Of a DNA stretch of 64,000 nucleotides, positions 56,297-64,000 are shown piece after piece. The DNA is from an uncultured Gemmatimonadales bacterium (GTDB lineage Bacteria > Gemmatimonadota > Gemmatimonadetes > Gemmatimonadales > Gemmatimonadaceae): positions 64,001 through 128,000 of the forward strand of contig CAWKMU010000004.1 of NCBI GenBank assembly GCA_963850905.1. Direction: 5' to 3'. Numbering within the stretch: the stretch's first letter is position 1; each line of letters starts with the position of its first letter. The position numbers and the translations under genes were made by a program. The notes under the pieces are model-generated. The model was not told where the DNA came from. It did no database searches and was given only the letters and a program-made list of their open reading frames with translations.

Positions 56297-57370
56297 TCAC
56301 CCTGGACCAGTGGCAAGGCGCTCCTCCTGGTCGGCCAACCGGAGGGCCTCGATGAACGCTTCGATGCGGCCATCCAGCACCCCGGGCACGTCGTGCAGTT
56401 GCAGGCCGATGCGGTGATCGGTCACCCGGTTGTCGGGAAAGTTGTACGTTCGGATCTTGGCAGACCGGTCGCCGGTCCCAACTTGCGTGCGGCGCATTCG
56501 GGCGCGCGCGGATTCCTGTTCGGCGATCTTCGCATCGAGCAACCGCGCCCGCAGCACCTCCATGGCCTTGCGCTTGTTTTGTAGCTGCGATTTCTGGTCC
56601 TGCTGCGTGACAACGAGGCCGGTCGGACGGTGCGTGATACGCACCGCGGAGTCGGTCGTGTTCACACTCTGGCCGCCCGGCCCCGACGAGCGGTAGACGT
56701 CAATGAGGAGATCATTTGGATCGATCCGGACGTCGACTTCTTCCGCTTCCGGAAGTACCGCGACTGTCGCCGCCGATGTGTGAATCCGACCTTGCGCTTC
56801 CGTCACTGGTACGCGCTGCACGCGGTGCACGCCGGATTCCCAGCGCATGGCGCCGTAGGCGCCCGGGCCGTCGACCTTCAGGATGCTCTCTTTGACGCCG
56901 CCGAGAGACGCGTCCGACCGCGAGATCATCTCGACTCGCCACCCCTCGCGCTCGGCAAATCTCGTGTACATGCGTTCGAGATCAGCCGCGAACAGCGCCG
57001 CCTCGTCCCCACCCGTACCCGCACGGATCTCCACGATCGCGGGCCGGTCATCGAGGGCGTCCCGGGGCACAAGCAGTCGCTTGAGCTCCTCTTCGGCCGC
57101 GGTCACCCCGGCGGTTAGGCGACCTTCCTCGGCACGCGCCTCCGCCGCCAGCTCCGGGTCATCGGCGTCGGCCAGTTCGCGAGCGCCCGCCAACTCCTGC
57201 TCGAGGCGGTCGCGACGCTGAGCGACATCCACGATCCGCCGGAGGTGCTGGTATTCCCGGGCGAGACTCGCCAGCCGCTTGGTATCCTGAGCTGTCCTGG
57301 GGTCCGACAGCTCGCGCTCGACGGCGATCGCCCGGGCGAGCGCCTCTGCGAGGCGGTCGCGAAGACTCAG
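56297..57370 (-). CDS. prfA: Peptide chain release factor 1
   Basis: [24 protein letters not shown] (PxT), GPGGQ, RTYNFP; N-terminal helices in frame up to CTG at 57370. Confidence 0.96.
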   Translation of the reverse strand: MSLRDRLAEALARAIAVERELSDPRTAQDTKRLASLAREYQHLRRIVDVAQRRDRLEQELAGARELADADDPELAAEARAEEGRLTAGVTAAEEELKRLLVPRDALDDRPAIVEIRAGTGGDEAALFAADLERMYTRFAEREGWRVEMISRSDASLGGVKESILKVDGPGAYGAMRWESGVHRVQRVPVTEAQGRIHTSAATVAVLPEAEEVDVRIDPNDLLIDVYRSSGPGGQSVNTTDSAVRITHRPTGLVVTQQDQKSQLQNKRKAMEVLRARLLDAKIAEQESARARMRRTQVGTGDRSAKIRTYNFPDNRVTDHRIGLQLHDVPGVLDGRIEAFIEALRLADQEERLATGPG

Positions 57371-57570
57371 GCCTGCTTACCGTACTTCTGCCGGAAGCGC
57401 TCGACGCGCCCGGCAGTGTCCACCAGCTTCTGCTTGCCGGTAAAGAACGGGTGGCAGGCGGAACAGATGTCGGTATGGATCTGGGCCTGGGTCGATCGGG
57501 TCTCGAAGGTGTTACCGCAGGCGCAGATAACCGTCGCCGTAGCGTACTCGGGATGGATGTCGGCTTTCAC
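57367..57570 (-). CDS. rpmE: 50S ribosomal protein L31 (Zn-binding C+ form)
   Basis: [29 protein letters not shown]. Confidence 0.97.
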   Translation of the reverse strand: MKADIHPEYATATVICACGNTFETRSTQAQIHTDICSACHPFFTGKQKLVDTAGRVERFRQKYGKQA

Positions 57571-57778
57571 AGGTGCCTCACAGTCCTGATTTTGTGTTAG
57601 CATAAAAATATAACACCCCTGGGCCCGCCCGCCGCCCCTGCCCCGGGGTCGGCCATGGCGCCCGCCCCCCCGGGGTGCCTATTTGTCTCCTTTCACCTTT
57701 CTGCACGTCTCCTTTCTACGGGCGCGCAGCGCACGTAGCGGTATCATAGGCGGTTGCTCCCCTCTGGCCTCGTGACGG

Positions 57779-58513
57779 GTGACTGACATGGACATCGCCG
57801 ACTTTCTCGCCACCGTTCCGTTATTGAGCCGAATCGCCCCGGATGAGCTCCGTCGGTTTGCCGAGCTCACGCGGGAAAAACAGTACCCCAAGGGCAGTGT
57901 CATCCTGTTCGAGGACGACCCCGGCGACTCGCTGTTCATCGTCCGCTCCGGCCGGGTGAAGGTCGTCCTGGTGGCCGAAGATGGGCGCGAGGTGATACTC
58001 GGTGTGCTTGGCGTCGGTGAGCACTTCGGCGAGCTGTCGCTCATCGACGACCAGCCCCGATCGGCTCACGTCATCGCGATGGAGGACGCCACCCTGCTCG
58101 TCCTGCGCCGCGATGATTTTCGGCGCCGCGTCGAAGTGAATCCCTCCGTGGCCTGGGCGCTCCTGGCGGAGCTGTCTCGACGCCTGCGCCGAGCCGACGG
58201 CAAGATTGGGGGCCTGGTGCTGCTCGACGTCCCGGGGCGCATTGCCCAGCTGCTCCTCGACACCGCCGACGAGGGGGGCACGCCGGCCATCGATAAGCCG
58301 CTCACGCATCAGGTCATCGCGCAAATGATTGGCGCCAGCCGCGAGACCGTTTCGCGCACCATGCGCGAGTTTCAGGACGCCGGCCTCATTGGGGTCCATC
58401 GGCGCCGTATCACGATCCAGGATCGCGTTCGCCTGAGCGCGCGGGCTCAGGCTCGCACCAGCGGGTCGCTGCCGGACGGTGCGCCAGCCGGCGACGCCGA
58501 GGACGGCGAATGA
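57779..58513 (+). CDS. Crp/Fnr family transcriptional regulator
   Basis: cNMP pocket FGELSL...PRSA; HTH LTHQ.IA.MIGASRETVSR. Confidence 0.93.
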   Translation: MTDMDIADFLATVPLLSRIAPDELRRFAELTREKQYPKGSVILFEDDPGDSLFIVRSGRVKVVLVAEDGREVILGVLGVGEHFGELSLIDDQPRSAHVIAMEDATLLVLRRDDFRRRVEVNPSVAWALLAELSRRLRRADGKIGGLVLLDVPGRIAQLLLDTADEGGTPAIDKPLTHQVIAQMIGASRETVSRTMREFQDAGLIGVHRRRITIQDRVRLSARAQARTSGSLPDGAPAGDAEDGE

Positions 58514-58588
58514 GCGCTGCGAGCGGGTCGGTTTGGCCGGCCCTGGATGTCGCGCAATGACGGGCATGGTTCGGAGGCACCGGGCGTC

Positions 58589-59491
58589 ATGACCCTGCGC
58601 GTCCGTTTTTGGGGGACCCGCGGGTCGATTCCGAGCCCGGGGCAACAGACGGTGCGATACGGCGGCAACACACCCTGCCTCGAGCTCCGCACACCGGACG
58701 ACTGGCTCATTGTGCTCGACGCCGGCACCGGTATCCGTGAGCTTGGAAGCTCGCTCATGGCGCGCGCCAATGGCTCACCCGTGAAGGGCGACATTTTCCT
58801 GTCGCACGCCCACTGGGACCACATACAGGGACTTCCTTTCTTCGCGCCGATCTTCCACCCGGGCAATCATTTCACGATCTGGTGCTCCAAGGCGATGGAG
58901 ACGAGCATCGGGCGCGTCGTGCGCGACCAGATGTCGCCGGTGGTGTTCCCGGTCACCTTCGAGCAGCTTGCCGCGACCATCGAGTTTCGCGAGTTGGGCG
59001 ACTCCCACCACGTGCGCGGGGGCTACGACGTGCGGGCGATGCCGGTGCGGCATCCCGGCGGCGCACTCGGATACCGGTTCTCGGCCTCGCAGAGGGCGGC
59101 GGGATCGACGGCTGGCGCAACGACGGGTCGTCAGGGACTCGTGTACATCTCGGACAACGAGCTCAATCCCGCCGCGCCATACGAGTCGCCCGCCTCGTGG
59201 CGGCGCGAGCTCGTTCGGTTCATCGAGCACGCGCGCATTCTCGTGCACGATACGATGTTCACCGCCGAAGAGTACGGCCAGCATCAGGGATGGGGGCACT
59301 CGACCTACGAGGACGCGGTCGATCTGGCGCTGGAGGCCGGCGTCGACACGCTCGTGCTGTTTCATCACAAGCCCGAGCGGTCGGACGAGGAGGTGGACCG
59401 GCACACGGAGGCCTGTCGCGCGCTGGCCCGGCGTCGCGGCGGCAAGCTCGAGATCGTCGCAGCGGCGGAAGGTCTCATTCTACACGCCTGA
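58589..59491 (+). CDS. MBL-fold metallo-hydrolase (cyclic-nucleotide phosphodiesterase-like)
   Basis: WGTRGSIP, YGGNT.C, DAGTG, SHAHWDHIQG, HPGG, WGHS, LFHH.P; GGAGG SD. Confidence 0.88.
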   Translation: MTLRVRFWGTRGSIPSPGQQTVRYGGNTPCLELRTPDDWLIVLDAGTGIRELGSSLMARANGSPVKGDIFLSHAHWDHIQGLPFFAPIFHPGNHFTIWCSKAMETSIGRVVRDQMSPVVFPVTFEQLAATIEFRELGDSHHVRGGYDVRAMPVRHPGGALGYRFSASQRAAGSTAGATTGRQGLVYISDNELNPAAPYESPASWRRELVRFIEHARILVHDTMFTAEEYGQHQGWGHSTYEDAVDLALEAGVDTLVLFHHKPERSDEEVDRHTEACRALARRRGGKLEIVAAAEGLILHA

Positions 59492-61254
59492 TGCATTCGC
59501 GCACGCCGCCACAGGGCGGCCGGCCAATCGGCCATGAGGGTCCCCACGTCCCGTACGCCAAGCCGACACCGGTCGCGAGCGGCCACGCCCAGCCACTCGC
59601 GCTGCCGGTGGCATCGGTGCCAGCAGCATCCGGTGAGCAGAGCGCCGACGATCTCAAGGAGCTCATGCGCGTATGCGTGGCGCTGACCACGGAGCGGAAC
59701 CTGCTCACGCTCCTCGAGATGATCCTCACGCAGGCTCGGCGCATCACTCGGAGCGACGCCGGTTCGTTGTACCTGGTCGATCGCGCCGCCACGGCGCCTC
59801 GCACCCGAAGCGATGCCGGATCGCCGTACCTGGTCGATCGCACTGCCACCGCGGCGCCTCGCACGCTGCGCTTCAAGCTGGCGCAGAACTTCTCCCGTCC
59901 GGACTTGCCGCTGACAGAGTCGACAGTCCCGATCGATACCTCGAGTCTCGCCGGCTATGCAGCGGCGACGGGAGAGCCGCTGGTCATTCCAGACGTGTAC
60001 CTCCTGCCGTCCGACGTGCTGTATAGGCAGAATCGAACGTTCGACGAGCGTTTTGGGTATCGAACAAAATCGGTCCTCGTGATCCCGATGAAGACGCATC
60101 GCGACGAAGTCATCGGCGTCTTGCAGCTGATCAACCGCAAGCGTACGGCCGATGCGGTGCTCGCATCATCCGCTGTCGTCGACGACGAGGTCCAACCGTT
60201 CGACCAGCGCTCCATGGAGCTAGTGACCGCGCTGGCGGCGCAGGCCGCCGTCGCCCTCGAGAACAGCATGCTGTACGCGGATATCGAGCGCCTGTTCGAG
60301 GGGTTCGTCACTGCCGCGGTGACCGCGATCGAGGCGCGCGATCCGACCACATATGGGCATTCCGGGCGCGTCGCGGCCATGAGCGTCGCCTTGGCGGAGG
60401 CCGTTGATGGAGGTGCGGGCTCCGGCGCCTATCGCGGCGTCCACTTTAGCCGCGCGCAGCTGCGCGAGCTGCGGTATGCGGGACTCCTGCATGATTTCGG
60501 CAAGGTGGGCGTCCGGGAGCAGGTGCTGCTCAAGCAGAAGAAGCTCTACCCGTTGCATCTCGACGTCATCCGGCTTCGGTTCGCGACGGTGCTGCAGGCA
60601 GCCGACGCGGAATACGAGCGCGGACGTGCGGAGCACCTGCTCAGGTTTGGTCAGGAAGGATACGCGCGCCGGCTCCACGAGCTGGAAGCCGTTCGCCGTG
60701 AGTCACAGCTCCAATTGGAGCGGGCATTCCGCGCCGTCCTGGCGGCCAACGAGCCAACCGTGCTGCCGGAAGGGGAGTTCGCCGAGCTCGCCCGCCTCGC
60801 CGGCCAGACCTACCGTGACCTAGACGGCAAAGCGCGGCCCGTGCTCAGTCCCGAGGAGGCGCAGACGCTGACGATCCGTCAGGGCAACCTCGACGAGACG
60901 GAGCGCCGGGAGATCGAATCGCACGTGATGCACACGTATCGGTTCCTCCAGCAAATCCCCTGGACCCACGAGTTGCGTGGAGTGCCGGAGATTGCCGTGG
61001 CCCATCACGAGAAGCTCAACGGCCACGGCTATCCACGAGCGATCCGCGGTGAGGCCATCCCGGTGCAGACTCGCATCATGACTATTGCGGACATCTACGA
61101 TGCGTTGACCGCGGCCGACCGACCCTACAAAAAGGCCGTCCCCCCGGAGCGCGCACTCGCCATCCTCGATGCGGAAGCCCGCGACGGGTTCATCGATCGA
61201 GATCTCCTCGGGACGTTCATAGGCGCCCGGGTGTACGAACGCACGTTCGCGTAG
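59491..61254 (+). CDS. GAF plus HD-GYP domain phosphodiesterase
   Basis: GAF (AGSLYLVD, GYRTKSVL.IPM, GVLQLIN); RD..T.GHS.RV, LLHDFGK, HHEKLNG.GYP, ADIYDALT..RPYK; TGATG overlap with the MBL gene. Confidence 0.92.
   Translation: MHSRTPPQGGRPIGHEGPHVPYAKPTPVASGHAQPLALPVASVPAASGEQSADDLKELMRVCVALTTERNLLTLLEMILTQARRITRSDAGSLYLVDRAATAPRTRSDAGSPYLVDRTATAAPRTLRFKLAQNFSRPDLPLTESTVPIDTSSLAGYAAATGEPLVIPDVYLLPSDVLYRQNRTFDERFGYRTKSVLVIPMKTHRDEVIGVLQLINRKRTADAVLASSAVVDDEVQPFDQRSMELVTALAAQAAVALENSMLYADIERLFEGFVTAAVTAIEARDPTTYGHSGRVAAMSVALAEAVDGGAGSGAYRGVHFSRAQLRELRYAGLLHDFGKVGVREQVLLKQKKLYPLHLDVIRLRFATVLQAADAEYERGRAEHLLRFGQEGYARRLHELEAVRRESQLQLERAFRAVLAANEPTVLPEGEFAELARLAGQTYRDLDGKARPVLSPEEAQTLTIRQGNLDETERREIESHVMHTYRFLQQIPWTHELRGVPEIAVAHHEKLNGHGYPRAIRGEAIPVQTRIMTIADIYDALTAADRPYKKAVPPERALAILDAEARDGFIDRDLLGTFIGARVYERTFA
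59749..59865 (+). repeat. In-frame tandem duplication (57 + 60 bp) in the GAF domain
   Basis: RSDAGSLYLVDRAATAPRT followed by RSDAGSPYLVDRTATAAPRT. Confidence 0.9.
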
Positions 61255-61316
61255 GGCCGACACAACCGTCGCCCGCCATTTCGTTACACCAATGCGTGCG
61301 ACGCCCGCCGTTGCCG

Positions 61317-62993
61317 TTACGCCGGCGTGTACCGCCGCTGCGCGACGAATCGGACCACCAACACACCCGCCGCGAACAGGACGCAGGCGGTGCCGATCCA
61401 GTCGCCCCAGCGCACCGCGAGCGGCCGGATCGACGTGGTCTGGGCGTCGTAGATGCGCGCCGCGCGCACGAACAACCCGGTGGCGCCGTGCGAGCGGCCG
61501 AGTGGATCGATGTACTCGGAGATTCCGGTGTTTCCGGCGCGCACGATCCCCACGCGGTTCTCGATCGCGCGGAGGTGGAGATGCGCCTCGTGCTGGTACG
61601 GTGCGAGACCGCGGCCGAACCACGCGTCGTTCGTGATGTTGACGATCAGGTCCGCTCCTGCCCGTCTGAACGCCCGCGACTGCTGTGGGAAGATCGACTC
61701 ATAGCAGATCAGCACGCCGACCTTCCCGAACGCGAACGTGAAGGGGATCGCGGATGTGCCGCGTCCAAATCCGCCGAAGTACCGGAGCAGCGCCTGGAAG
61801 TGCCTTTGGCCCGTGAACCACCGCGGATTGAGGAACGGCACGCGCTCGACGATGGGAACGAGGTAGACCTTGTGGTATGCCGGCTCGACACTGATCCGGC
61901 CACTGGTATCGACTACCGTCGCGGCGTTGTAGAACTCGAAGTCCGATGGCCCCGACCCCGTGACCGTGTAGTCGATGAGGCCGAACAGAATCGGCGCATG
62001 CCCCGTGCGCGCGAGCGAGCGGAGCGAATCGGTCCACGCCGGATGGTTGATCAGGAAATCCGGCAGCGCGGTCTCCGGCCAGAGCACCAGCTGCGGCGGT
62101 GGTCCCGTAGCCTCCTCCTGGCGCGTCAATGCCGCCAGCGGCTCGATGAACCGACCGCGCATTTCTTGCTGCATCTTCTCATCTTCCGAAATGTTCGGCT
62201 GCACGATGCCGACCCGCGCCAATGGCTCGAGCGTCACCGTGCGCAGGCGCCACATCCCGTACGCCCACACGGCCGCGCACAGCGCGGCCGCGAGGGCCAC
62301 CGGTCGAACCGCGCGGCGGAGGCGGGGCGAGGCGTCGCCCCCCCTCCGCCACAGGACCCATGCATCGGCTAGCAACCCGTTCGTCGCCGCGATCCACACA
62401 CTCAGACCGTGCACGCCGCTCACGTCGGCTGCTTGGGCCAGCGCCGGATGCGTCGCGACTGCGAGCCCAAGCGGGAACCACGGGAACGCCAGGTCCGAGA
62501 AGTACGCGAGAAAAATCTCCAGGGTGACCCACGTCGCGGGGAGCAGCACCGCCATTGGCCAATGCGTGATGCGCCGCGCAATGTGCAGCGTTGAGGTCGT
62601 CGCGGCGACCAGCAGCGACATGCCGACGACGGTTGCGACGTACGCGAGCCATGCCAGCGATGTGAACAGCGACAACGCCACCCCGATCCAGTACAGCGAC
62701 AGACCAAACGCGGCGACCGCGAACCAGGCGCCGAGCCGCGCCGAGATCCCCGCCCGCTCGCCCTCGTCGGCCCAGCGCGCGATCAACGCCGCAATGGGTG
62801 CGAGACAGACGAACGCGAGCACGGCGAGAGGCAGCGGCGGAAATGCCAGCGCGAACAAGACGCCCGCGCCCAACGCGATCCCGCGCACTCCCCACCCCAG
62901 GCGGCGCGCCGCGGGTCGCGATTGAGTGCCGGATCCGGCCTCCTGGGCGACCGCGCGGTTGGGCGCGGTTGCCGCGCCGCTCACGGTGTTCAC
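61317..62993 (-). CDS. lnt: Apolipoprotein N-acyltransferase
   Basis: FPW..LG, VQPNI, WPET, K..LVP..E, ICYESIF, NITNDAWFG, RAIENR, NTGIS. Confidence 0.95.
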   Translation of the reverse strand: MNTVSGAATAPNRAVAQEAGSGTQSRPAARRLGWGVRGIALGAGVLFALAFPPLPLAVLAFVCLAPIAALIARWADEGERAGISARLGAWFAVAAFGLSLYWIGVALSLFTSLAWLAYVATVVGMSLLVAATTSTLHIARRITHWPMAVLLPATWVTLEIFLAYFSDLAFPWFPLGLAVATHPALAQAADVSGVHGLSVWIAATNGLLADAWVLWRRGGDASPRLRRAVRPVALAAALCAAVWAYGMWRLRTVTLEPLARVGIVQPNISEDEKMQQEMRGRFIEPLAALTRQEEATGPPPQLVLWPETALPDFLINHPAWTDSLRSLARTGHAPILFGLIDYTVTGSGPSDFEFYNAATVVDTSGRISVEPAYHKVYLVPIVERVPFLNPRWFTGQRHFQALLRYFGGFGRGTSAIPFTFAFGKVGVLICYESIFPQQSRAFRRAGADLIVNITNDAWFGRGLAPYQHEAHLHLRAIENRVGIVRAGNTGISEYIDPLGRSHGATGLFVRAARIYDAQTTSIRPLAVRWGDWIGTACVLFAAGVLVVRFVAQRRYTPA

Positions 62994-63009
62994 GCCTCGC
63001 CCCGGCCTG

Positions 63010-64000
63010 TCACAACTTCATCTCGCGGCCCTCGTCCGCCGAGCGATAAATGGCTTCCAGGACGCGCATTACGATGACCTGGTCGGAGGGAGCCTCGTAC
63101 TTGGCCTCGCCCTGAAGCACAGCCAGGAAGTGCGCCAGTTCCGCCCGATAGGACTGCAGGAAGACGCTCTCCCGAGCTGCGGCGCCAGTCGGTGAGACGT
63201 CGGTCGGTCGGCCGTTGAGTGATTTCACCACTCGGAGCGGCGCGAGCCTGGCGCTGCCCCGCGCGGCAAGTATTTCGAACCACCAGCGATCTTGCTCGCC
63301 GACGTACGACCAGGAAATGTCGAACGCACAACTCAAGTTCGGCGCACACTCCAGATGCACGAGCATGCTGTCCTCGACACCGCTTCCCCCGCGCCCCCGA
63401 TCTATGTGGGCGGACACGCGCTGGGGCTCCGGGAAATCCGCCAGCCACAACGCGAGATCGAGCAACGGCAGGCCATGGTCGAGAAACACGCCACCGCCGG
63501 ATTCCGCGCGCCGCGCCCGCCAGCCGTCTGGCCGCACCATGTGATACGCGCCTGCGCGCATGCCCAGTACTCGACCCAGCTCGCCACCTTGGAGGAAGCG
63601 CTCCAGCGCCTGCACGTCACTTCGGAACCGGTGGTTGTTCGCAACGGCCACGACGCGATCGACTCGGGCCGCCGCGGCAAGGATGCGCTCGACGCCGCGC
63701 GCTGAGAGTGCCAGTGGTCGCTCGCAGAGCACGGGCAGCTTGCGCGCGAGTACGCTGAGCACGTGCGGCTCATGCAGGTGATTCGGCGTAGCCACCACGA
63801 CCGCGTCGAGCGTCTCGAGCTCGAGCAGGTCATCGATGTCGGTGAACACGTCCGGCACGGAGAACCGGTCGGCCAATGCCCGGGCCTTGACCGCGTCACT
63901 ATCACACAACCCGACCAACTCGATGCCACGCATCTTCGCCAGAACGGGCAGGTGCGCGAGTTGCGCGATCGCGCCTGCCCCGAGAAGGCCGATGCGTACC
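63010..64000 (-). CDS. Gfo/Idh/MocA family oxidoreductase; start beyond the window edge
   Basis: VRIGLLGAGAIA at the window end, DAVVVATPN..H, LCERP, GGG...D.G. Confidence 0.9.
   Translation of the reverse strand, partial: VRIGLLGAGAIAQLAHLPVLAKMRGIELVGLCDSDAVKARALADRFSVPDVFTDIDDLLELETLDAVVVATPNHLHEPHVLSVLARKLPVLCERPLALSARGVERILAAAARVDRVVAVANNHRFRSDVQALERFLQGGELGRVLGMRAGAYHMVRPDGWRARRAESGGGVFLDHGLPLLDLALWLADFPEPQRVSAHIDRGRGGSGVEDSMLVHLECAPNLSCAFDISWSYVGEQDRWWFEILAARGSARLAPLRVVKSLNGRPTDVSPTGAAARESVFLQSYRAELAHFLAVLQGEAKYEAPSDQVIVMRVLEAIYRSADEGREMKL

Noticed and set aside
13077..56355. Many long overlapping ORFs (e.g. 13077-14567, 20143-21453, 23696-25120, 47339-49177, 54919-56355)
   Set aside because: Arg/Ala/Pro-rich shadow frames opposite well-supported genes, expected in high-GC DNA; no family motifs.
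56297..57370. Programmed frameshift in the release factor gene
   Set aside because: This is RF1 (PVT motif) and the frame is continuous; the short ORF call comes from the non-canonical start.
58882..59490. Apparent 200-aa N-terminal extension of the HD-GYP protein
   Set aside because: It overlaps the MBL gene out of frame and is low-complexity; the ATG at 59491 overlapping the MBL stop is the better start.

Overview
GC-rich bacterial chromosome segment. Gene content and order suggest Gemmatimonadota or a relative; this is my inference, not a database result. About 1-14.8 kb is accessory. It holds the 3' end of a biosynthetic operon (LeuA/HMGL-like synthase fragment, single-module A-T-TE NRPS-like enzyme, PPTase, DinB), an S9 peptidase, a PrsW protease translationally coupled to a Thr-rich repeat protein, an aldo/keto reductase, an LVIVD-repeat protein, tRNA-Ser(GCT) and a PDZ-TM-GAF protein. 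About 14.9-64 kb is mostly housekeeping: gltX, lexA-like, aminotransferase, DinG, a DUF4159/DUF4175/TPR cluster, rsmI, trxA, mce, pdxJ, ispE-tRNA-Gln-prs-rplY-pth-ychF, rpsF-rpsR-rplI-rsfS, two SPOR proteins-smc-aroF-lolA, rpmE-prfA-prmC-ylbF-tmk-S41, Crp-MBL-HD-GYP, lnt and a Gfo/Idh/MocA gene. Most notable: (1) the NRPS A domain lacks the alpha-amino-binding Asp and its TE has Cys (GYCNGG), next to a regulatory-domain-less LeuA-like gene, which points to a candidate beta-lactone or keto/hydroxy-acid pathway; (2) the PrsW/cargo pair; (3) a LexA lacking both the Ala-Gly cleavage site and the catalytic Ser; (4) intergenic palindromes with arms made of different 7-bp repeats; (5) two probable CTG starts in CTGA overlaps; (6) a tandem pseudo-HPt protein. 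Four apparent +1 frameshifts in conserved genes are probably consensus errors. No CRISPR array, transposase or integrase was seen.
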